Of a DNA stretch of 64,000 nt, positions 56,595-64,000 are shown piece after piece. The notes under the pieces were generated by a model that did no database searches, was not told where the DNA came from, and saw only the letters and a program-made list of their open reading frames with translations. Source of the DNA: Polyangiales bacterium (GTDB lineage Bacteria; Myxococcota_A; Polyangia; Polyangiales; Ga0077539). Where the stretch lies: positions 64,001-128,000 of the forward strand of contig JBGARZ010000025.1 of the NCBI GenBank assembly GCA_044229975.1, in the 5' to 3' direction. How positions within the stretch are numbered: the stretch's first letter is position 1; every line of letters begins with the position of its first letter. The position numbers and the translations under genes are program-made.

Positions 56595-58058
56595 ATGGGA
56601 CGCAAGCGCACTGGCTGGGTCCGGCAGAGGGACGGGGTCTGGTACGTCGGCCTGACACTCCGGTCGGGGAAGGCATTCGAGAAGCCCATCCCTGCGCCCT
56701 CGGATACAGGACCAGCGGACGACACCTACCGCTCGGTCGTGCGAGCGCAACTCGTGCGCGCGTACGAGTCGGGTTCTTGGGACCCCGAGGCCCCACCGTT
56801 ACCTGCGCCCGACGCTCCCCCTCTGCCCGCAGCAACTGTCCCCAGAAACCCGACGTTCATTGAGTTCCTCCGGGCGTACACCGCGTCGCGCAAGTACGAG
56901 TCTGCTGCGAAGGACCAGGGACGAGTCGAGTTCTACCTGGCCGGATCCCCGGTTGCTGCCATCCACGTTCGGGAACTGCGTCCTGCCCACGGGGCCTCGC
57001 TCATCGCGTTTCTTACTGCGCTGCCGTCGCGGAGGGGGTCCACCCTCGGATCCAGCGCGGTGCGGAGCATCTACGACGTATGCCAGCGCGCACTCGACGA
57101 CGCGATCGTCGAGGAACTCCTGTTGACGAACCCCCTCCGCCTGGGTCCTGTCCGCGCGCAGCTCCCCCCGAAACGCTTCAAGAACGCGAAGGCCCGCAAG
57201 GAGGGGTGGTTCGCTCGCGACGAGGTCGGACGGCTCCTGTCGGACCCACGCGTTGAGGAGGACCGCCGCGTTCTTTACGCGCTCCTGTTCCTGACCGGGA
57301 TGCGCCCCGGAGAGTCTGCGGCGCTGCGCTTCTGCGACTGGGACCGGGCAGCGCTGCCGCTCACGCGCCTGTGCGTTGAGCGCGCAATCAAGTCCGTCAC
57401 CGGCGTTGAGGGGCCGACGAAGACTGGCGCCGAGAAAGAGGCGCCCGTCCACCCCGCGCTTGAGACGATCCTCCGGGCGTGGTTCGAGACGGGATGGGCC
57501 CGCTACATGGGACGCGCGCCGACGGCGACGGACTACGTCGTGCCCTCGGTGCGGGGACGCCGCAAGGGTCAGCCCCGCAACGAGAGCACGCTCAACCGAA
57601 CGTTCCGCGACGACTGCGTGGCGATCGGGCTGCGTTCGCGGCACGTCTACACCGCGCGCCACACTTTCATCACGCAGACGAAGAAGGACGGCGGCGACGC
57701 CGCGCTCCTCCGGCTCATTACGCACGCGCCCCCAAGCAGCGCCTACGAGGGCTACGTGCGCGACCAGTGGGAGCCACTATGCGCCGCGGTCATGAAGCTA
57801 CAGGTCGACCTGCCTTCACCTGCGAAGCACGCAGAGCCGGATACTTCAGACGGCTCAGGAGAAACCCCCGGGCCCGATACCCTGGCGGATACCTTGGAGT
57901 GCAGCGCCGCCCTCGCCGCAAACACTGTAGAACAAGGCGAATCAGACGGAAGCACAGAGGAATCGAACCTCCCGCGCGGTGCGGAGGGCACCGTCGCCAC
58001 CAGTTTTGAAGACTGGGCCCGTCACCAGATCAGGTCGTGCTTCCGCCGACCACGCTAG
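56595..58058 (+). CDS. Tyrosine recombinase/integrase
   Basis: TGMRPGE (R), TKTG (K), HVYTARHT, ITH, YEGY; adjacent to a tRNA 3' end. Confidence 0.92.
   Translation: MGRKRTGWVRQRDGVWYVGLTLRSGKAFEKPIPAPSDTGPADDTYRSVVRAQLVRAYESGSWDPEAPPLPAPDAPPLPAATVPRNPTFIEFLRAYTASRKYESAAKDQGRVEFYLAGSPVAAIHVRELRPAHGASLIAFLTALPSRRGSTLGSSAVRSIYDVCQRALDDAIVEELLLTNPLRLGPVRAQLPPKRFKNAKARKEGWFARDEVGRLLSDPRVEEDRRVLYALLFLTGMRPGESAALRFCDWDRAALPLTRLCVERAIKSVTGVEGPTKTGAEKEAPVHPALETILRAWFETGWARYMGRAPTATDYVVPSVRGRRKGQPRNESTLNRTFRDDCVAIGLRSRHVYTARHTFITQTKKDGGDAALLRLITHAPPSSAYEGYVRDQWEPLCAAVMKLQVDLPSPAKHAEPDTSDGSGETPGPDTLADTLECSAALAANTVEQGESDGSTEESNLPRGAEGTVATSFEDWARHQIRSCFRRPR
57947..58044 (-). tRNA. selC: tRNA-Sec (anticodon UCA)
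   Basis: 8-bp acceptor stem GGAAGCAC/GTGCTTCC plus discriminator G; anticodon arm CCAGT-CTTCAAA-ACTGG; long variable arm; GGTTCGATTCC; CCA not encoded. Confidence 0.95.
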
Positions 58059-58150
58059 ACCACCCGACGAGGCTCACACCAGCCTCTCGTCCGGGTGGTC
58101 AGTCCCGTGACCGTTGCGCCACGCGACAACGTAGGCGAGGAACATCCTTC

Positions 58151-59743
58151 GTGGTGGTGCCATCCCCGACCCGGCTCCTCGGCGTCCTTGGTGTGGTCGC
58201 CTGCGCCTCGTCTCCGCCGATGGTTCGCTCGACGCGTCCCGTCGCCGACCCGCAGCCCCGCACTCTCCACGCGCCCCGCGTGTCCTGCCGTCCGCCCGAG
58301 GCGCCCGACCTCGTCGCCGGCTATCAGGTGATCCGCTGGCCAACGGCCCCACGTTTCTTGTCCGTCGGCTCGCTCGGCGGCGGGCTCTTCGCGACGACGA
58401 CGAGCTCCGTCTGCACCAGCGCCGACGGCGGCCTCTCGTGGCGCCCGCTGCTGGAATCACTGGAATACCCGACGCTTCTCGCGATGGAACACGGCACCGT
58501 CGTCGTCCGTGAGGGCATCGACCCCAACGGCGAGGCGGTCCCGGGCGCCGAGCTCCGCTGGTGGGTCAGCACCGACGGCGGCGAGCGTTGGCGTGACCAG
58601 CGCGACGCCCCCGAGGCCGTCGGGCAGGGCATCACCCGCGTCACCATTCCCCACCTGGGCGAGCGCGAAGCCGTCGTCTGCGGTGGCGTGCTCTTCACCA
58701 CGGTGGCGCGCGCGGGCGCCGCGCCCACCCTCATCGAAAGCCTCGATCACGGCGAGGGTTGGCGCCGCGCCCGCGGGCTCGGAGCGCTGCCTCGCGCGGG
58801 CGTCGGGGTGCGCTGCGTGTCGTCGGGCTTCGTCATGGTCGAGCGTCACGATCGATTGCCCATCGCGTTCTCGCGCGACGCGGGCGCGACGTGGCACGCG
58901 GTGCGTCCGCCCCCGGTGGTGGTGCCCGAGGACGACGACGTGGTGCGCGTCGAGCGCGGCTGCGTTCCGATGTTGCAGCGCGGTCTCTTCTGCGAGCTCT
59001 ACGGTCAGGTGTGGGTGAGCGACGACGACGGTCGTCGTTGGCACCGCGGCTCGTCTCCCGTCGGCGGCCGGGCCCTGGTCGAGCGCGGAACACAGATCCT
59101 CGGCGTCGGCGGCGGCGTGGCTGAGAGCAATGACGCGGGCCGCCGGTGGATGCTGCGCGCCGCGGGGTCGGGGCGGTCCAACCTCGGGTTGCGCGGCGGC
59201 GTCATCGACGACCGCACCTTCTGGCTGGCGGGCGCCGCGCTCTGGTGGACCGACGACGGCGGCGAGCACTGGTCCGCCACGCTGCTCTCATGGGAGCTCG
59301 TCGCGGTGCTCGATCGTCGGCGCTGGGTGGGCTTCGTGCGTGGCCCCGACGGCGGTGGCTGTGGTGGCAAGGTCGTGACCACCATCGACGGCGGGCGCTC
59401 GTGGCGCACAACGCTCTCTTCGGTGGCCTCGGTGCGTATGCTCAACGGCGCGCTGCACGCAACGCTCTGCGGCGCTCGTCCGCGCTACCGCACGGGTCGC
59501 GACGGACTGACCTGGCGCCCGCTGCTCATCGAGGCTCCGGCCGACGAGGCCGAGACTGACGGCGCGGCCCACGCCGACGACGGCACCCCGCTCCGTCTGG
59601 AGCGCGACGAGCTGCGCGCGGGAGGGACGGTGCTCGCGTCGGGCTGGCCGCGGGACATCGTCCCGGTGACGGGCCGCTCGGTCGCCGGAACCGTCGACCT
59701 CGTGGTCTTCGGCAACGGCACCGTGCTGCGCCGCGGTCAGTAG
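58151..59743 (+). CDS. BNR/Asp-box beta-propeller lipoprotein
   Basis: About 8 S/TxDxGxxW Asp-boxes; VVAC lipobox; start approximate. Confidence 0.8.
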   Translation: MVVPSPTRLLGVLGVVACASSPPMVRSTRPVADPQPRTLHAPRVSCRPPEAPDLVAGYQVIRWPTAPRFLSVGSLGGGLFATTTSSVCTSADGGLSWRPLLESLEYPTLLAMEHGTVVVREGIDPNGEAVPGAELRWWVSTDGGERWRDQRDAPEAVGQGITRVTIPHLGEREAVVCGGVLFTTVARAGAAPTLIESLDHGEGWRRARGLGALPRAGVGVRCVSSGFVMVERHDRLPIAFSRDAGATWHAVRPPPVVVPEDDDVVRVERGCVPMLQRGLFCELYGQVWVSDDDGRRWHRGSSPVGGRALVERGTQILGVGGGVAESNDAGRRWMLRAAGSGRSNLGLRGGVIDDRTFWLAGAALWWTDDGGEHWSATLLSWELVAVLDRRRWVGFVRGPDGGGCGGKVVTTIDGGRSWRTTLSSVASVRMLNGALHATLCGARPRYRTGRDGLTWRPLLIEAPADEAETDGAAHADDGTPLRLERDELRAGGTVLASGWPRDIVPVTGRSVAGTVDLVVFGNGTVLRRGQ

Positions 59744-61008
59744 GCCGACTGGTTGAACTCGACGTTGGCGTTCGAGTTGGAGCGTCGCGCCGGGCGCGCG
59801 GAGGTCGGCCGCGGGGCAGAGGGCTGGGCCGTGGCCGCGGAGGTCGCCGTGCGCGGCACCGACGGGCTGACCTGCCCGGCGAGCGAGGTCGGGTCGGCCG
59901 CAGGCGTGAGGTACTGGGCTCGCACGCGGGTCGCCTCCTCGGGGTTGCCCGCGCGGTTGAGGGCGTTGACGAGGTCGCGCGCGATGGCCTGCTGCTCGGA
60001 GGGCGGCGGGTTGAGCCGCAGCGCCTGTCGGTAGCCCGCGATGGTCGCGTTGAGGTCACCGCGCGCGGCCGCGCTGTCGGCGCCGGAGCGCGCGGCCGTC
60101 CACGTGGTGGGTGCAGGTGCCGGCGGCGGAGGGCCCGCTTGCTGGAGTTGCCGCTCCTCGTCCATGGGTATCGGCGCTCGCCCGTAGCTGGAGGCGCTGC
60201 CCGGGGCGACGGGTGCCTCCGGCGGCGCCGCGGCAGCCGCGACGGGAACCTCTGCCTCCGCGGTCGCCACGTTCATCCGTTGCTGCTGCTGGCGCGTGTC
60301 GCCCGTCGCGGTGCCCCGGTCGGCAAACACTCCCTCGTCGCGCGCCGATCTGGCGCCTGACCCCGCGAGACCACCGCGCGCATTGGCCGCCAGATCGAGC
60401 CCGCTGGAGCGGCTCGCGACGCGACCCTCGAAGGGCGCTGCTGGCCCTGGCGTCGCGGTCGCCCGAGCGACCGGTGCCCGGGCGCGCATGGTGGGGGTCG
60501 TCGCCTGCGCCACGACCGTGGGCGCGGGAGCGCTCGGCGTCGGTCGCAGCTCTGTCGCTGGAACGACCTCCGGCTGCGTCATCTCCGTGGTGATGGACTG
60601 CGTGGGTGATCGCAGCGGCATGTAGCGCAGCCCGAGTCCGACCATGAGCATGAACACCGCGGCCATCGCTACCTGTCGGCGCATGGCGAGCTCACCGACG
60701 CGCTGCAGCCAGCCGGCGGCGCGCGCCTCGCGGGCTCGCTCGATGGGGATGACGGCCGACACCCGCCCCGACACCGCGGCGGGGACGGCGACGGTGGCGG
60801 AGAGCGCGGCCATCACGGCCGCGGAGGACGGGGGCGCGTCGGGGAGGGCGAGGCGGGCGGCGAGGATGCGGGTGCGGCCGAGGCGCTCGCTGGCGGCGCG
60901 GCACTCATCACAGTCGGCGAGGTGGGCGCGCACCTCGCCGGCGCGAGCGTCATCGAGCTCGTCGTAGTGCAGGTCCAGCAGGAGGTCTGAGCAGGTTTCG
61001 CAGTCCAT
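59737..61008 (-). CDS. Zinc-finger (zf-HC2) transmembrane anti-sigma factor with C-terminal TPR
   Basis: MDC..HLADCDEC; one TM; TPR-like YRQALRLNP. Confidence 0.85.
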   Translation of the reverse strand: MDCETCSDLLLDLHYDELDDARAGEVRAHLADCDECRAASERLGRTRILAARLALPDAPPSSAAVMAALSATVAVPAAVSGRVSAVIPIERAREARAAGWLQRVGELAMRRQVAMAAVFMLMVGLGLRYMPLRSPTQSITTEMTQPEVVPATELRPTPSAPAPTVVAQATTPTMRARAPVARATATPGPAAPFEGRVASRSSGLDLAANARGGLAGSGARSARDEGVFADRGTATGDTRQQQQRMNVATAEAEVPVAAAAAPPEAPVAPGSASSYGRAPIPMDEERQLQQAGPPPPAPAPTTWTAARSGADSAAARGDLNATIAGYRQALRLNPPPSEQQAIARDLVNALNRAGNPEEATRVRAQYLTPAADPTSLAGQVSPSVPRTATSAATAQPSAPRPTSARPARRSNSNANVEFNQSAY

Positions 61009-61012
61009 GGCA

Positions 61013-61702
61013 TCACCCGAGGGTGCGGGCGTAGTCCTCGTACTCGACGAGAGAGGACTGCAGCCGCTCGAGAGCGTAGCGCATCCGAGACTTCACGGTG
61101 TTTTCCGGGGCGCCGACCACGTCGGCGATCTCCTTGAACGACAGGTTGGAGTACTCGCGCATCACGAACACCTCCCGCTGATCGTTGGGCAGCGACTCGA
61201 TGGCCGAGGCGAGGCTGCGCTGGAGCTGATGCCCGATGGCCTGCCGATCGGGCACGGCGTCGTTGGCGGCGACGGAGTCGCCGAGCGTGGCGCCCTCGTC
61301 CTCGCGGGGTTGATCGAGGGAGGGGTGCCGACGGTGCACGGCCTTCCGCGCGTGGTCGATACAGAGATTCCGGGCGACCGTATAGGCCCAGGTGGTGAAG
61401 CGCGAGGCGCGCTGGAAGTCCCGCGCCCCTTGAATCATGCGCAGCCACGCGTCTTGGAGAATCTCGTCGGCGGTGGCCGGGTTCTTCACCGATCGGAGGA
61501 TGAAGTGGAAGATGGGCGTGCGGTGTCGGCGCATGAGTTCCTCAAAGGCGCGGGCCTCCCCCTCCCGAAAGCGGTCGAGCAGCAGTTCGTCGCTGAGCGT
61601 TGCGAAGCGTTCGGCGTTCACTGTGCCAGGCACGTTGGGATCTTGGAGGTCGTTGTCTACGAGCACCTTGGGACGCACGGCGGACGCGGACGGTCTTCCC
61701 AT
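61013..61702 (-). CDS. ECF sigma factor (RpoE-like)
   Basis: ADEILQDAW, FTTWAYTVARN, LSFKEIA..GAPENTVKSR. Confidence 0.93.
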   Translation of the reverse strand: MGRPSASAVRPKVLVDNDLQDPNVPGTVNAERFATLSDELLLDRFREGEARAFEELMRRHRTPIFHFILRSVKNPATADEILQDAWLRMIQGARDFQRASRFTTWAYTVARNLCIDHARKAVHRRHPSLDQPREDEGATLGDSVAANDAVPDRQAIGHQLQRSLASAIESLPNDQREVFVMREYSNLSFKEIADVVGAPENTVKSRMRYALERLQSSLVEYEDYARTLG

Positions 61703-61900
61703 CCGTGACCGTGACCCATGTGTGACGCAACGGTCGGGCGTCAGCAGGGGACGATACTAGGTCAGGTCGGGGACGCGGGTCCATCGCGACATTGCTGACG
61801 GCGCGACGGAGGCTCACCGGTGCGGCCGACGTGCGCGTTGACCCTCGGGAGCCCATTGGTATAAACCCTCGCAGCGATTCGAGCGGTACTGCCCGATAAC

Positions 61901-62683
61901 GTGGTGAGACGGAGGGTGCGCGTGCAACGGCAGAGTCTGCTTCGATGGTTGGTCCCGGCGGCCGTGACCCTGTGCCCCTTGCTCGCCACCGCGCAGCCCG
62001 CGCCTGCTCCGGCGCCCACCGACGCGCCCGCGGCACCGGTCGTCGTCGCTGCGCCGGTCACGCCCTCCGCGACGACGCTCTCCGTCGCGCCGCCCGCGCC
62101 CGTCACGGGTAGGTCGGTCACGCTGCGCGAGATCGACCGCGAGATGACGGCGCTCTCCAACGACCTCACGCAGGCGCACACGCGGCTTCAGCAGCTCACG
62201 ACCACGGTGCTGAGCCAGGTCGGCGGCGGTGGCGCCCAGCTCATCATCGAGCACCAGAACGACATGGGGTCGACGTTCCGTCTGGCGCGCGCGACGTACA
62301 GCCTCGACGGGGCGACCATCGGCACCCGCGTCGATGAAAACGGCTCGCTCGCCGAGCAGCACACCTTCCCGGTCTTCGACGGTCGCATCACGTCGGGCGA
62401 GCACACCCTCACCGTGAGCCTGGAGTACCAGGGCAACGGCTTCGGGATCTTCTCGTACATCCGCGGCTACACGTTCCGCGCGCGATCGGTGCAAGCCTTC
62501 AGCGTGCCTGAAGGGCGCGGGCTGCGGCTGACGGTGGTGGGGTACGAGCGCGGCGGGCCGACCGTCGCGGTCGAAGAGCGGCCGGCGATCCGGTACACGC
62601 AGCAGGTGATGACGATTCCCGAGGCGCAGGCGTTGACCCGCGCGTCAGTGGGCGGAGCGGCGACAGCGCCGGCGGCGCGATGA
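61901..62683 (+). CDS. Secreted myxobacterial-type protein (coiled coil plus beta domain)
   Basis: Signal peptide; HQNDMG..F.L....YSLDG; paralogue of the next gene. Confidence 0.75.
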   Translation: MVRRRVRVQRQSLLRWLVPAAVTLCPLLATAQPAPAPAPTDAPAAPVVVAAPVTPSATTLSVAPPAPVTGRSVTLREIDREMTALSNDLTQAHTRLQQLTTTVLSQVGGGGAQLIIEHQNDMGSTFRLARATYSLDGATIGTRVDENGSLAEQHTFPVFDGRITSGEHTLTVSLEYQGNGFGIFSYIRGYTFRARSVQAFSVPEGRGLRLTVVGYERGGPTVAVEERPAIRYTQQVMTIPEAQALTRASVGGAATAPAAR

Positions 62684-63486
62684 GGCAGTCAGTGAAGAAT
62701 CGAGACGGCATGCGGCGGTTGACGGCGACGGCGATGGTCCTTGCGGCGATGGCTCCTGGCGGGGCAGCGCTCGCACAGCAGCTCAGCGACGGCGGTACCA
62801 CCCAGGCGGCAGCCGACAGTGGCGCCGTGCTCGTGGCGTCGCCCGTCTCGCCCGTGCTGACGGCGGCGGCGGTCCCGACGGACGACGGCGGAACGGTCAC
62901 CGGCGAGCAGTACGTGGTTCGCCTGCGCAACCTCGAGCAGCGCATCAATGAGTTGAAGGAGGAGATCTTCCGCTCGAAGGCCCGGCTCTCGCTGCTGGCC
63001 GAGTCGGTGCTGCAAAACGCCGTCGGCGGCTCGCGCGCGCAGATCGTCCACCAGAACGAGATGGGCGGCTCCTACCGCCTCGCCTCGGTGGTGTACTCGC
63101 TCGATGGCGCGCCGATCTTCAACCGCGAAGACGACTCCGGTGCGCTCGCCGATCGCCACGAGTTTCAGGTCTACAACGGGCAGATCGGTTCGGGCGATCA
63201 CAGCCTCGGCGTCAACCTCACGTACATCGGCGCGGGCCTCCCCTACATGCGCGGCTACCGCTTCTCGGTGCGCTCGACGCAGAGCTTCTCCATCCCCGAG
63301 GGCAAGGCCATCCAGATCCGGGTGGTGGGCTTCGAGAAGGGCGGCCCCTTGGAGTCGCCCGAGAGCCGCCCCGCGGTGCGCTACGTCCAGCGGGTGATCT
63401 CGCTGCGCGAGGCCGCCGAGGGCGCTGAAAACGCCCCGGCCACCGCCCCGACGACGGCGCCCGCGAGCGCAAGCGGAGCGCGATGA
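62680..63486 (+). CDS. Secreted myxobacterial-type protein, paralogue of 61901-62683
   Basis: LKEEIFRSKARL, HQNEMG..YSLDGAP, EKGGP..RPAVRY. Confidence 0.78.
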   Translation: MRQSVKNRDGMRRLTATAMVLAAMAPGGAALAQQLSDGGTTQAAADSGAVLVASPVSPVLTAAAVPTDDGGTVTGEQYVVRLRNLEQRINELKEEIFRSKARLSLLAESVLQNAVGGSRAQIVHQNEMGGSYRLASVVYSLDGAPIFNREDDSGALADRHEFQVYNGQIGSGDHSLGVNLTYIGAGLPYMRGYRFSVRSTQSFSIPEGKAIQIRVVGFEKGGPLESPESRPAVRYVQRVISLREAAEGAENAPATAPTTAPASASGAR

Positions 63487-64000
63487 AGCGCGTCGGAATC
63501 CGAGGCTGGGGCCTGCGCGCGGCGCTCGCGGTGCTCACGGCGCCGTCGTTCGTCGCCGCGCAAGACCTTGGCGAGGTGGGCTCGCAGCTCTCGGTGCTCG
63601 AAGGGCAGGCCGCGCAGATCGGGCAGGCCGCCACGAGCGCCGCCGCGACCCCCGCGCGCCAGGGCCCCGACTACCAGGAGCGCTTCGCCGACGCCGAGCT
63701 GCTCTACCGTCTGCGCGACTACGCGCGGTCGGCGGTTCTCTTCACCGACATCGTCGAAAACTACGCCAACACGCCGGCGTTTCCGCAGGGCCTGTACCTG
63801 CTCGGCGACGCGCTCTTCCAGGCGGGCGACCGCTACGGCGCGCGGACCCGCTTCCGCCAGGTTCTCGACCACGCGGGTGAGCCGGTGTTTCGCCCCTTCG
63901 TGCAGCGCGCGCTCGGGCGCCTCATCGAGATCGAGATCGCGCTCGGCGCCAACGACGAGGACAGCAGCCGCCGGGTCGAGGAGTACTTCCGCCGCCTCGG
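63483..64000 (+). CDS. Secreted TPR protein (partial, runs off the window)
   Basis: ATGA overlap; signal peptide; TPR helices (AELLYRLRDY.., LYLLGDALF). Confidence 0.78.
   Translation, partial: MKRVGIRGWGLRAALAVLTAPSFVAAQDLGEVGSQLSVLEGQAAQIGQAATSAAATPARQGPDYQERFADAELLYRLRDYARSAVLFTDIVENYANTPAFPQGLYLLGDALFQAGDRYGARTRFRQVLDHAGEPVFRPFVQRALGRLIEIEIALGANDEDSSRRVEEYFRRL

Noticed and set aside
1..64000. CRISPR array or rRNA
   Set aside because: No regularly spaced repeat-spacer pattern or rRNA-like sequence seen; the repeats found are coding or palindromic.

Overview
High-GC bacterial DNA, probably from Myxococcota (inferred from the many Cys-rich, 'DAG'-linker lipoproteins, the ECF sigma factors and the myxobacterial-type secreted/TPR genes). 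About 1-57,950 looks like an accessory metal/redox-stress island ending at a tRNA-Sec gene (selC, 57947-58044, minus strand). An excisionase-like gene and a tyrosine integrase abut selC, and the integrase ORF runs antisense through the whole tRNA. The island carries CadD, a persulfide operon, ChrA, two heavy-metal RND systems each headed by a BlaI/M56 pair, a CDF, CopA/CopZ, two multicopper oxidases, a cupredoxin, two ECF sigma factors, a DUF692 (MNIO) RiPP-like cluster, a cytochrome P460-like/Rieske operon, Cys-rich lipoproteins and several decayed genes. Three observations stand out. (1) A 3,647-bp insertion element (16116-19762; TG...CA imperfect IRs, 6-bp TSD) splits a tolC gene and encodes TWO different DDE transposases, each with its RBS held in a hairpin. 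(2) A GGTCAC-N17-CTAG promoter motif links an ECF/anti-sigma operon led by a (CCxPGSP)n peptide with a multicopper oxidase and the MNIO cluster, whose precursor is a lipoprotein. (3) A second motif, CTGTAA-N16-GCGTC, precedes three copper loci near a CorE-like sigma. Sequence right of selC looks like core genome. All calls are by-eye motif recognition; no searches were run.
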